The notes below the pieces were generated by a model. The model saw only the letters and a program-made list of their open reading frames with translations. It had not been told where the DNA came from and made no database searches. This document shows positions 61,149 through 64,000 of a stretch of 64,000 nucleotides of DNA, piece by piece. The stretch's first letter is position 1. Each line of letters begins with the position of its first letter. The stretch comes from Clostridia bacterium (lineage in GTDB: Bacteria; Bacillota; Clostridia; Oscillospirales; CAG-272), in contig JAFQEC010000008.1 of assembly GCA_017415805.1 (NCBI GenBank), forward strand, positions 108,111 to 172,110, written 5' to 3'. A program made the translations under genes and the position numbers.

Positions 61149-61778
61149 TTATTTCTTCACCGAGTCGCGAACGAACACGATGCCGTCCTTGGCACCGGGG
61201 ATCGCGCCCTTGATGGCGATGAGGTTCTTCTCTGCATCGATCTTCACGACCTTCAGGTTCAGAACCGTGACCTGCTCGTTACCGTACTGACCGGCCATCT
61301 TCTTGTTCTTGAAGATTCTGGCGGGGTCGATCACGCCCATCGAGCCGGACTGACGGTGGACAGGGCCCACACCGTGCGTCATGCGCAGCTTGTGCAGGTT
61401 CCATCTCTTGATCGCGCCCGTGTAGCCACGACCCTTGGTGATGCCCGTTACGTCGACCTTGTCGCCTGCGGCGAAGGTCTCGGCGGTGATCACGTCGCCG
61501 ACGTTCAGCGCGCTGCAATCGTCAAGGCGGAACTCCTTGAGGTGCTTCTTCGCAGCAACGCCTGCCTTGGCAAAGTGGCCCGCCATGGGCTTGTTGGTGT
61601 TCTTCTCCTTGGCGTCGATGAAGCCAAGCTGAACGGCGTCATAGCCGTCGTTTTCGGCGGTCTTCTTCTGTGCGACGACGCACGGGCCCGCCTCGATAAC
61701 CGTGACCGGGATTACATTTCCGACCTCGTCGAAAATCTGAGTCATACCGATCTTCTTACCGATAATACCCTTCTTCAT
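61149..61778 (-). CDS. rplC: 50S ribosomal protein L3
   Basis: [17 protein letters not shown]-terminus. Confidence 0.97.
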   Translation of the reverse strand: MKKGIIGKKIGMTQIFDEVGNVIPVTVIEAGPCVVAQKKTAENDGYDAVQLGFIDAKEKNTNKPMAGHFAKAGVAAKKHLKEFRLDDCSALNVGDVITAETFAAGDKVDVTGITKGRGYTGAIKRWNLHKLRMTHGVGPVHRQSGSMGVIDPARIFKNKKMAGQYGNEQVTVLNLKVVKIDAEKNLIAIKGAIPGAKDGIVFVRDSVKK

Positions 61779-61891
61779 TTTGTTTCCTCCTGTAGGTTAT
61801 TGGTTGACGCTTGGAATTTCCCCGTGGGGCTACGTCAACATGACCGACAAAGAGTCGGATCTCTCCGACAGTTTGCGTTTGCCGTTTGAGC

Positions 61892-62203
61892 TCAGAGCTT
61901 GATCTCGATCTCAACACCGGCGGGGAGCTCGACGTTCATCAGTGCGTCCACAGCCTTCTGGGTGGGCTTGATGATGTCGATGAGTCTCTTGTGCGTGCGC
62001 AGCTCGAACTGCTCACGGCTGTCCTTGTACTTGTGCACCGCGCGAAGAATGGTGATGATCTCCTTCTTCGTGGGGAGCGGCACAGGGCCCGAAACGGTTG
62101 CGCCGTTTCTCTTGGCAACGTCCACGATCTTCTCCGCAGCGGTATCGATGAGGGTGTGATCGTAGCTCGTCAGTCTGACTCTGATCTTTTCCTTGACTGC
62201 CAT
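61892..62203 (-). CDS. rpsJ: 30S ribosomal protein S10
   Basis: [16 protein letters not shown]; ATG 62203 after AAGGAGG; the longer ORF to 62251 lacks an RBS. Confidence 0.97.
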   Translation of the reverse strand: MAVKEKIRVRLTSYDHTLIDTAAEKIVDVAKRNGATVSGPVPLPTKKEIITILRAVHKYKDSREQFELRTHKRLIDIIKPTQKAVDALMNVELPAGVEIEIKL

Positions 62204-62340
62204 TGTTTTTGCCTCCTTTTTGAAATTTGCGTCCCGGTGGGGCGGTCTCATATTAATAATGAAGATTGCAGCTCCGGTCCGCGTTTCGAATTGGGGCGAG
62301 ATCGCTCGGACACTGTGCCGCGCGTTTCTTTTCTCTCCTT

Positions 62341-62390
62341 ACAAAAACCGGATTTGCCCACACATCAGCATCTGTACGGGTAATCTCCGG
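62341..62390 (-). terminator. terminator-like hairpin inside the S10 leader (candidate attenuator)
   Basis: Minus strand CCGGA-gauua-CCCGUACA-gaugcuga-UGUGUGGG-caaa-UCCGG + UUUUUGU, about 140 nt upstream of the rpsJ ATG. Confidence 0.5.
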
Positions 62391-62520
62391 GAAAAAGGCA
62401 GGAAAAGCGTGCACAACCTGTGTCGTTGCAAACTCTGTCGCCCGGTTTGAACGGACATACTCCGCGAAAATTCCCCGCTTGCGCGGCAACCTCTCGCTTC
62501 ATCGCATATCAGACCCGTCT

Positions 62521-62549
62521 ATTTTAACATAATCGCCCTTGAATTGCAA
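62521..62549 (-). promoter_or_regulatory. S10 operon promoter (TTGCAA-17-TAAAAT)
   Basis: Minus-strand TTGCAA 62544-62549, TAAAAT 62521-62526; implies a ~310-nt leader. Confidence 0.55.
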
Positions 62550-62906
62550 GTAGGAAAGCAAAAATTTTTTTCGTCATTCCTACAAAGTTTGCTTAAATAT
62601 TAGACCTGAAATATACATTTTATACAAAAACGGGCGGTTTTCGTTGCAGATTCGCCACAAAATATAGGGGCAGAGCCGCTTGCACGCCGCAATTTCGCCC
62701 ACTCGGACACAAAAAAGGGCAAAAATCGCCCGTTTTGATGTTTATTTTTATAGAAGCCAACAATTTTCGCTTGGAACGACCGCTGTGCACGCAAAAAATC
62801 TATTTTTCCGTTGTGCACATTTGTGTACATTTTAAGCAAGGCTTTGCATTATAATAAAGGTAGTAACACGATACGCCGTGCACTGCGCGGCGAAGGAGGT
62901 CTGTGT

Positions 62907-63713
62907 ATGAACCGTTCCGATTCCATCCTGCGCGCGGCCCGCATCGCCGTGCCCACACTTGTCACGCTGACCGTGCTGCTGCGCACGCTGGCGCTCTGCC
63001 TTGCCTTTGACCGCGCCCCCGGCTACTTCCGCTCGGGTGCGGTGCTGCCGATTCTCTACTATATTATATTAGGGGTCAGTGCCATCGCCTTTTGCGCGCT
63101 CCCCTTCCTCGTGCGCGATCGCGCGCTCCTGCCTGCCGAGGCACCGCTTTCGCTGGGGCGCTTGGTGGCGGCAGGCGTGATGTCCTTGCTTGCAGCGGTC
63201 AATGCGATCTATCTGTTCGCAAACGCCGACAGCACCGCGGCACCTGCGCTCCTTTGCGCACTTGCGGCCATGGCACTGCTGGCGGGCGGCGCACACTTCC
63301 TGCTCCATTTTCTCGGCGAGCGCGCCCGCACCGCACGCGTGCTGTGCGGCTACGCCATGATCCTTGCCGCCGTGCTGCTGCTCTCGGCCACCTATTTTGA
63401 CCTGCGCACCCCGATGAACGCGCCGCACAAGGTCGGGCTTCATGTGTGTATGCTGGCGATCATGGGATCCTTGCTCGCGGATCAACGCGCCGCGCTCGGT
63501 CGCAATAAGCCCCGCGCGCTCGCCGCGCTCTCTCTGCTCGCTCTGCTCATCACAGCCACAGTCGGCGTTTCGGGCGTTGTCGCCTATCTTGCGGGCGTAT
63601 ACACCGACACGCTGTATTTGCTGCAGGATCTGCTTACGGTGGGCTATGCGCTCTTCGTCGGCACGCGCATTTTTGTGGGCAACGCAACCGTGGAAAGCGA
63701 GGCCGTGACATGA
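62907..63713 (+). CDS. polytopic membrane protein (hypothetical)
   Basis: ATG 62907 after GAAGGAGG; about 7-8 hydrophobic helices. Confidence 0.7.
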   Translation: MNRSDSILRAARIAVPTLVTLTVLLRTLALCLAFDRAPGYFRSGAVLPILYYIILGVSAIAFCALPFLVRDRALLPAEAPLSLGRLVAAGVMSLLAAVNAIYLFANADSTAAPALLCALAAMALLAGGAHFLLHFLGERARTARVLCGYAMILAAVLLLSATYFDLRTPMNAPHKVGLHVCMLAIMGSLLADQRAALGRNKPRALAALSLLALLITATVGVSGVVAYLAGVYTDTLYLLQDLLTVGYALFVGTRIFVGNATVESEAVT

Positions 63714-64000
63714 ACGCGAGCGACCGTATTCAATGGCTGCATCGATGCATTACCGATATGCGCTATCCCAACGCCAACCGCTTGGCCGAGCGCTTTGGCA
63801 TCTCGCACCGACAGGCCCAGCGTGACGTGGACAGCCTGCGCCGCGATTTCGGCGCGCCGCTGGCATACAGTGCCGCACACCGTGGCTTTTATTATACGAA
63901 AGCCTATACCCTTCCCACCTACACCATCTGCGCAGGCGACGAGGATCCCGTGGATGCCGTGACGGGCGCCGAGGTGCGCGACGTGGCGCGCGCGATCGTG
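63710..64000 (+). CDS. HTH transcriptional regulator, YafY/WYL-type N-terminus (3' end outside window)
   Basis: ATGA overlap with the upstream gene; hand translation MNASDRIQWLHRCITDMRYPNANRLAERFGISHRQAQRDVDSLRRDFGAPLAYSAAHRGFYY...; open to base 64000. Confidence 0.65.
   Translation, partial: MNASDRIQWLHRCITDMRYPNANRLAERFGISHRQAQRDVDSLRRDFGAPLAYSAAHRGFYYTKAYTLPTYTICAGDEDPVDAVTGAEVRDVARAIV

Noticed and set aside
62253-62489. 78-aa minus-strand ORF inside the S10 leader
   Set aside because: It has no RBS and no recognisable protein features, and it overlaps the leader hairpins. I treat it as non-coding.
62600-62839. 79-aa minus-strand ORF in the AT-rich region upstream of the S10 promoter
   Set aside because: It has a TTG start, no RBS and AT-rich codon usage unlike the real genes. 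It spans promoter and operator-like sequence.

Overview
GC-rich, Firmicutes/Clostridia-type chromosomal window. Taxonomy is inferred from RNase Y/J, a T-box, type-Z S14, NfnAB and the protein sequences. It is almost entirely core metabolism and translation, mostly on the minus strand. Contents in order: (1) a Rieske-domain fragment, a DUF6062-like protein, mnmM, a DagK-like kinase; (2) ppa-obg-der-DUF512 and rny; (3) a complete argG-H-C-J-B-D-F operon with a consensus promoter and an ARG box; (4) on the + strand, an AsrC-like siroheme/Fe-S protein coupled to a BtuFCD-class ABC importer; (5) an 11-gene branched-chain amino-acid cluster, leuA-ilvB-ilvN-ilvC-ilvD-leuC-leuD-leuB-DUF815-ilvA-ridA, behind a Leu (CUC) T-box, plus ilvE; (6) nfnAB, a Cys-rich gene pair, two paralogous envelope foldase-like proteins, rnj; (7) a small membrane protein, an AbrB-like regulator and an Sfp-type PPTase; (8) the full S10-spc-alpha cluster (rpsJ to rplQ, including secY, adk, map, infA, rpmJ, rpoA); (9) a membrane protein and HTH regulator running off the 3' end. 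I saw no CRISPR array, transposase, integrase, phage gene or recognisable defence gene, and no convincing novel multi-gene protein system. The signals that ordinary annotation does not explain are mainly non-coding. The strongest is a three-copy ~72-nt intergenic hairpin element with compensatory base changes, sitting inside three minus-strand operons. Next come oversized, hairpin-rich spacers and leaders (rny/DUF512, dagK/ppa, rpsN/rpsH, rpsJ/rplC, S10 leader). Protein-level oddities of lower rank are the lone AsrC-like reductase coupled to the importer, DUF815 inside the BCAA operon, DUF512 with Der/Obg, the Cys-rich pair, and a probable CUG start for infA. All family names come from motif recognition and memory; no searches were run.
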